This document shows, one piece after another, positions 1 to 7,597 of a stretch of 64,000 nt of DNA (positions within the stretch are counted from its first letter, which is position 1; every line of letters starts with the position of its first letter). Source of the stretch: a virus; the IMG/VR virus record IMGVR_UViG_3300005732_000005, positions 1 through 64,000 of that record. One strand, given 5' to 3'. The translations under genes were made by a program, and so were the position numbers. Below the pieces are notes generated by a model. The model did no database searches and had not been told where the DNA came from. It saw nothing but the letters and a program-made list of their open reading frames with translations.

Positions 1-26
1 GAAACAAAACAACTTAAGAGAACATT

Positions 27-269
27 ATGAAAGTTAAAAACTTAGAGTCACTAAAAGAATTAATCTTTAATGAAGATGTTGTAACTATCCCGTTAGGTTT
101 TACTTATACAGGGTCAGACTGTTACGGGTGCTATCAAGACTTGGTTACAAAAGAGATCTATGTTAGACACTCAGAGAATAGCTTTTATAAATACAATTCT
201 GTAGAAGAAACTATTGCAGAATATAAAGAATTAGGTTATCTAGTTAGTTTTAATTTATTGGATAAATGA
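27..269 (+). CDS. hypothetical early protein
   Basis: ORF with AAGAGA RBS-like element upstream; part of rightward early cluster. Confidence 0.75.
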   Translation: MKVKNLESLKELIFNEDVVTIPLGFTYTGSDCYGCYQDLVTKEIYVRHSENSFYKYNSVEETIAEYKELGYLVSFNLLDK

Positions 270-272
270 ATA

Positions 273-319
273 GTTGCTTTGTTGGGTCGTTTTATAATAA
301 AATGCCTCTTAACAAGGTA
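273..319. repeat. intergenic stem-loop repeat, copy 1
   Basis: TTGCTTTGTTGG..TTTTA-TAA-TAAAATG..TCTTAACAAGGTAA; similar copy at 588-634; each precedes an early ORF. Confidence 0.65.
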
Positions 320-348
320 ATTTAATTTAACTTAAAGAGGGTAATAAA

Positions 349-579
349 ATGACTAATAATAATGAACAGATGTACTTATTGAATGAAAACAGATTTAATA
401 AACCAGCTTTGAATGCCGAAACTAAAGAAGAAATGAAAGGATTAATTAGTCTAGGTTATGGTAATTTTGTAAGAGTACTTGATGACATCTTTGTAACATA
501 TATATCTATAGATCCAATTAGTTGGGAAAAAGAAAGTGTTAGGATGTACAAGGCTTATTTAAACTCAGACATTTTTTAA
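349..579 (+). CDS. hypothetical early protein
   Basis: ORF with GAGGG RBS. Confidence 0.75.
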   Translation: MTNNNEQMYLLNENRFNKPALNAETKEEMKGLISLGYGNFVRVLDDIFVTYISIDPISWEKESVRMYKAYLNSDIF

Positions 580-587
580 ATAAAGGG

Positions 588-634
588 TTGCTTTGTTGGA
601 GCATTTTAAATAAAAATGCTTCTTAACAAGACAA
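588..634. repeat. intergenic stem-loop repeat, copy 2
   Basis: TTGCTTTGTTGGAGCATTTT-AAAT-AAAAATGCTTCTTAACAAGACAA imperfect inverted repeat. Confidence 0.65.
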
Positions 635-655
635 TTTAATTTTTGAGAGAATATT

Positions 656-826
656 ATGAAAAATAAACACTCTTCTAAGCGCCTAGAGCGTCTATTCAAG
701 TTAACAGATACATTACAAGAGAGGACACTTAGAACTAAGTATCTTTTAACCAAACAGGGGCTTTCTAAGGGTGCAGAATTGTATAAGCCGAGGGCTATTG
801 TTAAAACGGTTATTGTGAGGGGCTAA
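656..826 (+). CDS. small basic hypothetical protein (56 aa, MKNKHSSKRLERL...)
   Basis: Hand-translated ORF below the track cut-off; GAGAGA upstream; follows the repeated stem-loop like its neighbour. Confidence 0.55.
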   Translation: MKNKHSSKRLERLFKLTDTLQERTLRTKYLLTKQGLSKGAELYKPRAIVKTVIVRG

Positions 827-1045
827 GTATGAAAATTAATCTAGGGTGTGACGAGTTTACAGCAGATTATTGAGCCTAATCCACATTTTCATTCAGGGAC
901 TAAAATGTATAACCCAAGGTCTAGCTAGCTTTTTCATTCAATAGCTGATTCTAGAAAGGATAATTTCTATAGAGAAAATGGTTTTCATTTGACAGGGGAT
1001 TCTGCAGGAATTAAGGATTTATGAGATAATCTCAATTTTTCTAAA

Positions 1046-1153
1046 TGTTAATTGTTTGTTGTTAGATGTTAATAAATTGTTAACAAGGCTAACAGGAGTT
1101 AACAATTTTAAAATGTTAATCTATTGTGACAAACAATTAACATTTTATTAACA
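1046..1153. promoter_or_regulatory. cluster of ArcA-box-like direct repeats
   Basis: TGTTAA repeats at 11-bp spacing: TGTTAATAAATTGTTAA 1067-1083 (+), TGTTAATAAAATGTTAA 1137-1153 (-), weaker copies at 1046 and 1114. Confidence 0.6.
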
Positions 1154-1232
1154 ATTACATACATTGAAAACAGGTTACGAATGATGGGGAAAGAATTGTT
1201 AAAAGTCAATACTTAATTAGAGGTAAATTAAA

Positions 1233-1421
1233 ATGTACGTTTTATATGATGGTATGCAAGAATCAAGCCAAGATGTTAAAATATACTGCCCTACGTTAAA
1301 GGGTGATTTCTATCTAAGCCCGTGGTTTGCGAGTTACCCAGTTTGGGATAATGATAATTTCTTTTTTATAGAGGGGTTAGGGAATGATGAGTTAAGACTA
1401 TCTACAATGTTAGAGTTCTAG
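1233..1421 (+). CDS. hypothetical protein
   Basis: ORF with GAGGT RBS. Confidence 0.65.
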   Translation: MYVLYDGMQESSQDVKIYCPTLKGDFYLSPWFASYPVWDNDNFFFIEGLGNDELRLSTMLEF

Positions 1422-1703
1422 TAAGTATCATGCCAAAAAGATTAATTTTGTTAGAATAGTTTAGTCCAGAAAATCACCTGTATATAACAAAAATACATAT
1501 ACTGCTGAGACGTCCTGAGAGCCATTCTGAGGGGTTTTTGTGTTTACCCTAACATTGACAGTTTGAAGAGGAGATCTCAATTCGCCAATATATTGGCGGT
1601 GGACATTTGACAAAGTGGCACAGTATTTGCCAGTAAGGGTATTGAGAACAATTCTCATCAAAAAGTGTGCCAAAAATAAATTAAAATAATTTGTTGAAAG
1701 GGG

Positions 1704-1733
1704 TTGCCTGTTTTCAAAATTTAGTGCTAAGAT
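1704..1733 (+). promoter_or_regulatory. early sigma70-type promoter
   Basis: GGG-TTGCCT...TG-C-TAAGAT (extended -10) with AT-rich upstream tract; same design as 2391 and 2731. Confidence 0.6.
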
Positions 1734-1786
1734 CACCCCATCAAGGCAATAAAGCTTTTAACATATTCTATATAGGAATCATTATC

Positions 1787-2341
1787 ATGTTATCACTAAA
1801 TGAAAAAGCAGCTCACTCAGTAACATACTTTGAAGCATTGCAAGCTAACCCAGATAATACAAAACAGTTTGCTATTGAAAAGCTAGGGTATTCAAAAGGT
1901 GAAGCTGAAGAAGTGGTGAAAGTATGGTGTGATTGTTTTGTAGAATTATCTAACGTTATGGAATGGGATCAGATTGTAGAGCTATCACAGGAAACAATCA
2001 CTGAAGAAGAGATCGCCAAGTCACAAAAACAAGATACAACAAAGTCAATTGTTAAGCAATTTATGAGTGACTGGGACAAAGAGTATAAAGCGATAAAGAG
2101 AGTTCAGAAATTACAAGAGGATCTAGACTGGGTTTATAAAACAGAAAAACCATATGAAAGAATTGCTAACAGTTTGAAGCTATGGAAACAAAAACACACC
2201 GATGCTTTCCAAGTGATTAAAGACAAAGTGGTAAAAGGATTGTATACAGAATCAACACTTGATAAGGCTATCGAATTGCACGGAAAGAATGATCTGGGGT
2301 ATGTAATAGACTGTTTTATGGACATGTTAGAAGAGGCATAA
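1787..2341 (+). CDS. hypothetical early protein
   Basis: ORF; start moved to ATG 1787 after the promoter and AGGA RBS. Confidence 0.75.
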   Translation: MLSLNEKAAHSVTYFEALQANPDNTKQFAIEKLGYSKGEAEEVVKVWCDCFVELSNVMEWDQIVELSQETITEEEIAKSQKQDTTKSIVKQFMSDWDKEYKAIKRVQKLQEDLDWVYKTEKPYERIANSLKLWKQKHTDAFQVIKDKVVKGLYTESTLDKAIELHGKNDLGYVIDCFMDMLEEA

Positions 2342-2390
2342 AACCTTTTCTTTTATAACTTTTTATTCTAAGTGAATTTGCTGAAGAGGG

Positions 2391-2418
2391 TTGCACTGCC
2401 CCCAGAATTTGCTATTAT
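2391..2418 (+). promoter_or_regulatory. early sigma70-type promoter
   Basis: GAGGG-TTGCAC-N16-TATTAT with TG extended -10. Confidence 0.6.
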
Positions 2419-2489
2419 TTATATCAAGCAAGGGGGAACAGAGATACACCCCCTCCAAACGAGAATTATTATCAAATAGGAATATTAAG

Positions 2490-2711
2490 ATGAATAAGCA
2501 AGAAACATACCAAATTATCGAACGTTTTTCTAAATTAGTAGATAAATATGAAAACAAACCAAAGTGGCACACTCTTTGCAAGGATGTAGTTTTCTGTGCG
2601 GAGTCTCTAGCACAACAAATCAATCTTGGCAAGGATAAATTTGAAATAAAAGAATATGTTGAAGATGTTAATAATGCAATTGAGAATTGTTATCAACAAG
2701 AAATAATTTAA
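2490..2711 (+). CDS. hypothetical early protein
   Basis: ORF; ATG 2490 after AGGA RBS. Confidence 0.7.
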   Translation: MNKQETYQIIERFSKLVDKYENKPKWHTLCKDVVFCAESLAQQINLGKDKFEIKEYVEDVNNAIENCYQQEII

Positions 2712-2730
2712 AATAAATGTGTTTTGAGGG

Positions 2731-2758
2731 TTGACACCCTCAACCAGTTTGCTATTAT
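2731..2758 (+). promoter_or_regulatory. early sigma70-type promoter
   Basis: GAGGG-TTGACA-N16-TATTAT with TG extended -10. Confidence 0.7.
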
Positions 2759-2799
2759 ATACACATAGACAAGGCGAACAACAAACAGGAAAAAACATT

Positions 2800-3051
2800 A
2801 TGCTTAAATTCAAAAAACACTTTGCGGGTCGTTATATTGCAACACTAGGAACAGCAGTTATAGTAGTTGAGAAGCTGGAAGGGGAGTGGACATCATACCT
2901 TGAAGGGGACATGACAAGGGACACACAAGAGTTCTACCATACAAAAAAGCAAGCTATTGAAACAGTTAACTGCTATGCAAGTAATCCTGACAATGTGAAG
3001 GAATGGCAAGAATACTTAACTGAAGAAGAGGTAAAAGTTTTTCAAATCTAA
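2800..3051 (+). CDS. hypothetical early protein
   Basis: ORF; ATG 2800 after AGGA RBS. Confidence 0.7.
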   Translation: MLKFKKHFAGRYIATLGTAVIVVEKLEGEWTSYLEGDMTRDTQEFYHTKKQAIETVNCYASNPDNVKEWQEYLTEEEVKVFQI

Positions 3052-3070
3052 ATAAGAATCATTATCAACA

Positions 3071-3100
3071 AATGCCACTGTAAAATGTGGCATTCTTTTT
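3071..3100 (+). terminator. rho-independent terminator ending early block
   Basis: AATGCCAC-loop-GTGGCATT followed by CTTTTT. Confidence 0.65.
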
Positions 3101-3110
3101 GCATACTAAA

Positions 3111-3130
3111 TGTTATGTTATAACATAACA
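3111..3130. promoter_or_regulatory. Zur-box-like palindrome
   Basis: TGTTATGTTATAACATAACA contains two overlapping TGTTAT-N3-ATAACA cores; another core TGTTATAGTATAACA at 4578-4592. Confidence 0.55.
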
Positions 3131-3394
3131 AAATCTCTATTCACTTAATGAATAATTCCCACCTATAGCAAGTATCTAGCAAGCTACGTGCCAACTTGAT
3201 TTTACTAAAACACACTCCCTCTGAAAGCCTTATAAATAAAGGGCTAGAGACTTACGTCCTCAAAAGCAATTCCTGAGCATATGCAACACTACCCAATACA
3301 CTAGCTCAGGTTAATTAACCTTGCTCATACAGGCTCTCTCAAGGCGTTATATCTATATAAAACACTTTGGCACAGTATGTGCATATGAATAAAC

Positions 3395-3487
3395 CTTGCA
3401 TATGTATGCAAAAAGTGAATAATTGAGAATAGTTTGCATTTAAAGGTTAATGCATACCTATGCACAAATTGTGCATAAATATCTACC
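3395..3487. promoter_or_regulatory. ARG-box-like sites (ArgR)
   Basis: TGCATATGTATGCA (3397) and tandem 18-mers AATGCATACCTATGCACA-aat-TGTGCATAAATATCTACC with the canonical 3-bp spacer. Confidence 0.5.
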
Positions 3488-4547
3488 CATTATCTACTAC
3501 GTAGATGCAAGTAGTTCTCATTTACAAACAGTTATTAACCATAGGTTAAATGATAATTATTCTTATTACACTAGAACACACATAAATCTAAATGATAATC
3601 ATTACTAAATACGAATAGTTATCATTAATAAACTCTAATAATATCAATAATCTAAATGAGAATTGTTTTTATTTGCAATGTGCAAATGAGAAGTGTTATT
3701 GTTTAAGAATTAATCTTATTTAGAAATGTTAGCGTTTGTTAACATAAATAGTAATTATTCTTATTTAGATTACTTTATTAATCTTTTTAATGAGAATGAT
3801 TCGTATTAATTGATAAATTAAAATGTGGTATGTTGTTTGCATGTAATGCAAGAAGGATACCTCTTTGTTGCTATGCAACATATATGCCAAACTACCTTGA
3901 AAGCCTTTATTTATATAGCCATGGCTATATGAGAGTGATTGTTATTTGCAATTGCAAATTAAAGTAGAATGTTATGTTACATAGTAACAAAAGGGGGATA
4001 TTCGTCAACCTTGTTGACAAAGACAGGGTATTGTGAGAAGGGATAATTGGGGAAGGGGATTGCTGTAGTGGGAGTTGTGGGGGAGAGGGGTTTAACAAAC
4101 CACGAACACTAACACGACAACAACACAAGACCATTCACCTACTGTTACATAGTAACAAAAGTAAACACCATCTATTGCGTAGCAATAAAAGTACACTCTC
4201 TGTTAACATCGTTAACAAATATATAACCTTTCAAACAATAATCCTCTCACAAGCAATAATATCTCTGATGTAAATTAATTGTTAATAAAAGGTATGTTCT
4301 CGTTAACGTAGTTAACAAAGTGTAAACCCCCTTTACAAAATACAACTATTCATCATATCTATGATAAGAAGTATTATATTCATCTAACTAATACGACATA
4401 ATATAGAATATGTTAAATATAGATGAGAATGATTCTTGTTTGGAGGGAATACTTATTCAATAGGAATTGTTGTTATTTGAGAGGGATTCTCATCAACTAC
4501 GTTGATAAAAGAGATACTTGTTGAGAGGGGTTCTTATTTGAGGGAGT

Positions 4548-4940
4548 AGGATATTTTATACGGAAAGTAGGTTGTTATGTTATAGTATAACAAACGTTGA
4601 GCAATGCTCACTTTACTTTCCACTTTTCCATAAATATCATTTACTTACAGATATTCTTCTCCAGATATTTCCACCCTCATACAAGGATATTTCTCCCCCC
4701 AAAATTTTATTTTTGTAATATAGGATATTTTTATATACTCCGTATATAGAGTGTGGTATGCTTTAAAAGGAGGTTAGTATTTTTATTATTTTTAGTATAT
4801 TTACTAAAGGCAAGCCTATTTTTCCTTAATTAAAACAATAACTTACAGAGAGGTTTAGACAAAATAATTTCATTTTGTAGGAGATATTTTTAATGGTTGT
4901 ATATATTTGAAAGTATGTTATTATTAAGAGTAGGATATTT
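4548..4940 (+). repeat. iteron-like direct repeats, candidate replication origin
   Basis: Seven same-strand GATATT(T/C) copies (AGGATATTT at 4548, 4684, 4722, 4932; CAGATATT at 4648, 4662; GAGATATTT at 4881) immediately upstream of a helicase-like gene. Confidence 0.45.
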
Positions 4941-4976
4941 TATTTTTAAAACACACTTAACAGAGGAGAAATATTT

Positions 4977-6257
4977 TTGAAGATAGAACTTATTGATTAC
5001 ATGATGGGTACAGGTAAGAGTAGTTATATTTTGGACAAGGTAGTTGATTGGAGTAATGAAGGTCTTTATGAACAGTTTATCTATATAAGTCCATTACTAA
5101 GTGAAGTAGGTGGTAAACGTAAAGAGAAAGGTAAAGGTTTCTTAAGAGGAAGAGTTCAAGAGAAAGCAGATTGTATGGACTTTAGATACCCTCTTAATAT
5201 ATCAAGTTCAAAACTAGATAGTTTTAGAGATTTACTTTTAAAAGGTAGTAATATTAGTGCTACACACAATGTATTTACAAACCTAACACCTTTAGATGTA
5301 GACCTTATTAAGGAGAGGAAGAATGTTCTCATCATTGATGAGGAAGTACAAGCTTTAGATACATATACAGATTTAGGTGTAAAGCATTTACAAGTATTAA
5401 TCAATGGTGGACAGGTTTATAAGGATGAAACTAACAGGTTATGTTGGAATCACAGATTGTTTCCGCAAACAGAAGATTTCCTAAATAACCCTTCAGAAGA
5501 TACATACTCTAAAAACGATTTACAGTTATCTAAATTCATTAATTTGTGTGATGGTGGTTACCTTCATTCGGTGAATGATAAGATTATGATCTGGGAATAC
5601 CCTATTAGTGTTCTAGAAGCTTTTGATAAAGTTATTGTCATGACTTATATGTTTGAAGCTAGTCCTATGTACTCTTGGTGTAGGATGAATAACGTTGATA
5701 TTGTCAGACTAGATATACCAGAACTTAAATCCAGAGAGGATGAGATAAAAGCGTCTCTAAAGGATTTAGTAACTGTAGTAGAAACCAGTAAGATGAAGAC
5801 AATAGAGAATTTTGGGTATAGTTATTCTTGGTGGAAAGGTACAGGTAGTAACAAAACTTACACAGCAAAGGTTAAAAATGTTTTAGAGGATTGTGTACAG
5901 AACCAATTAAAAGGTTTAAGTTACAAGGACTATATATTCACCTGCCCAGAGAATAGTTTCCCCAAAATTAAGGGTAAGAGATACAGCAGGAGTGACTGGT
6001 TGTATAGTGATTGTAAAGCTACCAACGATTATGCAGACAAGAAGGTTATGTTCTACCTTTACAGTAAGTTCCCTAATGTGTTTATTAGCCCTTTTTGTAA
6101 AGAGAAAGGTGTGAGTATTGACGAAGACATGTATGCCCTCAGTTCTATGCTACAGTGGTTGTGGAGAGGGTGTATCAGGAAAGGAGAACCTATGAAAGTG
6201 GTGATATTAAGTAAGAGAATGAGGGATTTGTTTAAGGAGTGGTTGGATGGAGAATAA
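4977..6257 (+). CDS. SF2 helicase-like / putative origin-binding protein
   Basis: Walker A MGTGKSS, Walker B IIDEE, C-terminal QWLWRGCIR motif VI-like; TTG start with GAGGAG RBS. Confidence 0.7.
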   Translation: MKIELIDYMMGTGKSSYILDKVVDWSNEGLYEQFIYISPLLSEVGGKRKEKGKGFLRGRVQEKADCMDFRYPLNISSSKLDSFRDLLLKGSNISATHNVFTNLTPLDVDLIKERKNVLIIDEEVQALDTYTDLGVKHLQVLINGGQVYKDETNRLCWNHRLFPQTEDFLNNPSEDTYSKNDLQLSKFINLCDGGYLHSVNDKIMIWEYPISVLEAFDKVIVMTYMFEASPMYSWCRMNNVDIVRLDIPELKSREDEIKASLKDLVTVVETSKMKTIENFGYSYSWWKGTGSNKTYTAKVKNVLEDCVQNQLKGLSYKDYIFTCPENSFPKIKGKRYSRSDWLYSDCKATNDYADKKVMFYLYSKFPNVFISPFCKEKGVSIDEDMYALSSMLQWLWRGCIRKGEPMKVVILSKRMRDLFKEWLDGE

Positions 6258-6993
6258 ATACTATGTCTACCAAGTTGTTCACGAAGGAGAAGTAATCTAT
6301 GTGGGTAAGGGTAAAGGTGGCAGATACAAACACGCAACCTCAGGTAAAAGTCATAATTATAAACTAAATGAATTCCATTTTAAACATAAGCTCCTTGGAG
6401 ATGTGTTGCCAGAAGTTGACATTATAAAGTATTTTGAAGAAGAGAAGGATGCTTTAGCTTACGAGTCAAAACTTATACTAGAACACTACCCTTATTGTAA
6501 CATACAGAAGAAAGAGAACGCATTAGATTTGTTTAAGGTCGAGCCTGTTAAAGATGGTGGTACGGAAGGACAAGATTATGTCCCTGTATATGAGGAAGGT
6601 GGGACAGAAAAGGAAGAGTTGGTTTTTCTTCCCACTACTGTAGAAGATGTGGATGATTTAATGAAGAAAAGATATGAAATCTATCTCGAAAACACAGAAC
6701 TTCTACGACCAAATACTTATCGGACATTCTTGAGTAGTCTTTTGTTCAACAAATCTTTGAAGTGGCGCGATATATCGCACCTCATTGAGGAATTGGTAGA
6801 ATCTATCCCAGATATGAGGAAAGATAATGGTGGACATAATAAGAGGGAGTTTGCAATTAAGTATGGTTTGTCTGAAAAAGAGGCTAAGTGTATTAACAAC
6901 AGGACAAATTATCTTAAAAAGAAAGGTAAACCTGTAACAGAAGAAGATTTATTAAAGACATTAGAAAAGTTTAGGAGGAAAAATGGAAAATAA
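6247..6993 (+). CDS. GIY-YIG-domain protein (paralogue 1)
   Basis: YVY..VIYVGKG..RY..H, conserved E and N; C-terminal possible HTH. Confidence 0.65.
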   Translation: MENKYYVYQVVHEGEVIYVGKGKGGRYKHATSGKSHNYKLNEFHFKHKLLGDVLPEVDIIKYFEEEKDALAYESKLILEHYPYCNIQKKENALDLFKVEPVKDGGTEGQDYVPVYEEGGTEKEELVFLPTTVEDVDDLMKKRYEIYLENTELLRPNTYRTFLSSLLFNKSLKWRDISHLIEELVESIPDMRKDNGGHNKREFAIKYGLSEKEAKCINNRTNYLKKKGKPVTEEDLLKTLEKFRRKNGK

Positions 6994-7528
6994 GTATTAT
7001 GTGTATACGGTTAGTGTTGACAATGAAGTGGTTTATGTAGGTAAAGGTAAGAATGACAGAGCTGAGCACGTAACATCAGGTTGCAGTCACAACAAAGGAT
7101 TGAATGAACTTTATTTTAGACATAAGTTGTTAGGAGAAGATTTACCCTTGGTAGAAATTTATTCCTCAGTGTCAGAAAATGTTGCACTAGCAGAAGAGCA
7201 TTTGCTTGTGAAACGCTATAATCCACGATGTAACTCAGCACTTAAAAATACTGATGTTAAACTTTATAATCATTGGGATGATGGAGATATTCTTAGGTAT
7301 ATGGAAGAAAATTGGGACACTAGATCTTTCAGAGACATACCTGAATCGACAGGATTGAGTAATGACCAAAAAGATTGGATTTACGAGAATATTTGTGGAC
7401 ACGAGATTCTTTATGACGAGGAAATACTTTCTATAGCGGTATCTCATAGTAATCTATACGGGAAAGAGATAAGTTGTGAGTTTGTAAGAGCATTGTCTCA
7501 AGTTAGGGATACTAGAGAAGGGAGGTAG
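6983..7528 (+). CDS. GIY-YIG-domain protein (paralogue 2)
   Basis: YVY..VVYVGKG..R..H..E..YNPRCN; N-terminus highly similar to preceding ORF. Confidence 0.65.
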   Translation: MENKYYVYTVSVDNEVVYVGKGKNDRAEHVTSGCSHNKGLNELYFRHKLLGEDLPLVEIYSSVSENVALAEEHLLVKRYNPRCNSALKNTDVKLYNHWDDGDILRYMEENWDTRSFRDIPESTGLSNDQKDWIYENICGHEILYDEEILSIAVSHSNLYGKEISCEFVRALSQVRDTREGR

Positions 7529-7574
7529 AATCCCTTCCCATCCCACCTATGTGTTTTGAGTAATTACAGATAAC

Positions 7575-7597
7575 AAAAAGGAGGCTCACGCCTCCTC
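7575..7597. terminator. terminator hairpin at convergent junction
   Basis: AAAAAGGAGGC-TCAC-GCCTCCT; near-identical hairpin at 14471. Confidence 0.6.

Larger units (their letters stand above)
1616..3889. promoter_or_regulatory. multiple sigma54 (-24/-12) consensus sites
   Basis: TGGCAY-N5-TTGC at 1616(+), 2565(+), 3088(+), 3178-3193(-), 3874-3889(-); near matches at 1420-1435(-), 1658-1672(-), 3368(+), 3826(+). Confidence 0.7.
1641..4538. promoter_or_regulatory. array of Fur-box-like 9-1-9 palindromes
   Basis: About 17 matches to AATGA(T/G)AAT-N-ATT(A/C)TCATT, e.g. AATGATAAT-T-ATTCTTATT 3549-3567 and AATGAGAAT-G-ATTCGTATT 3789-3807; densest at 3422-3946. Confidence 0.7.

Noticed and set aside
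3925-4134. 69-aa minus-strand ORF in the non-coding region
   Set aside because: Low-complexity product from the G-rich tract, no RBS, overlaps repeat motifs.
4321-4337. TyrR box (TGTAAA...TTTACA)
   Set aside because: Spacer is 5 bp rather than 6 and it is a single instance.
3052-4976. CRISPR array in the large non-coding region (ICP1 carries CRISPR-Cas)
   Set aside because: Repeats are short, degenerate and irregularly spaced; no identical 28-37 bp repeats with unique spacers and no cas genes in the window.
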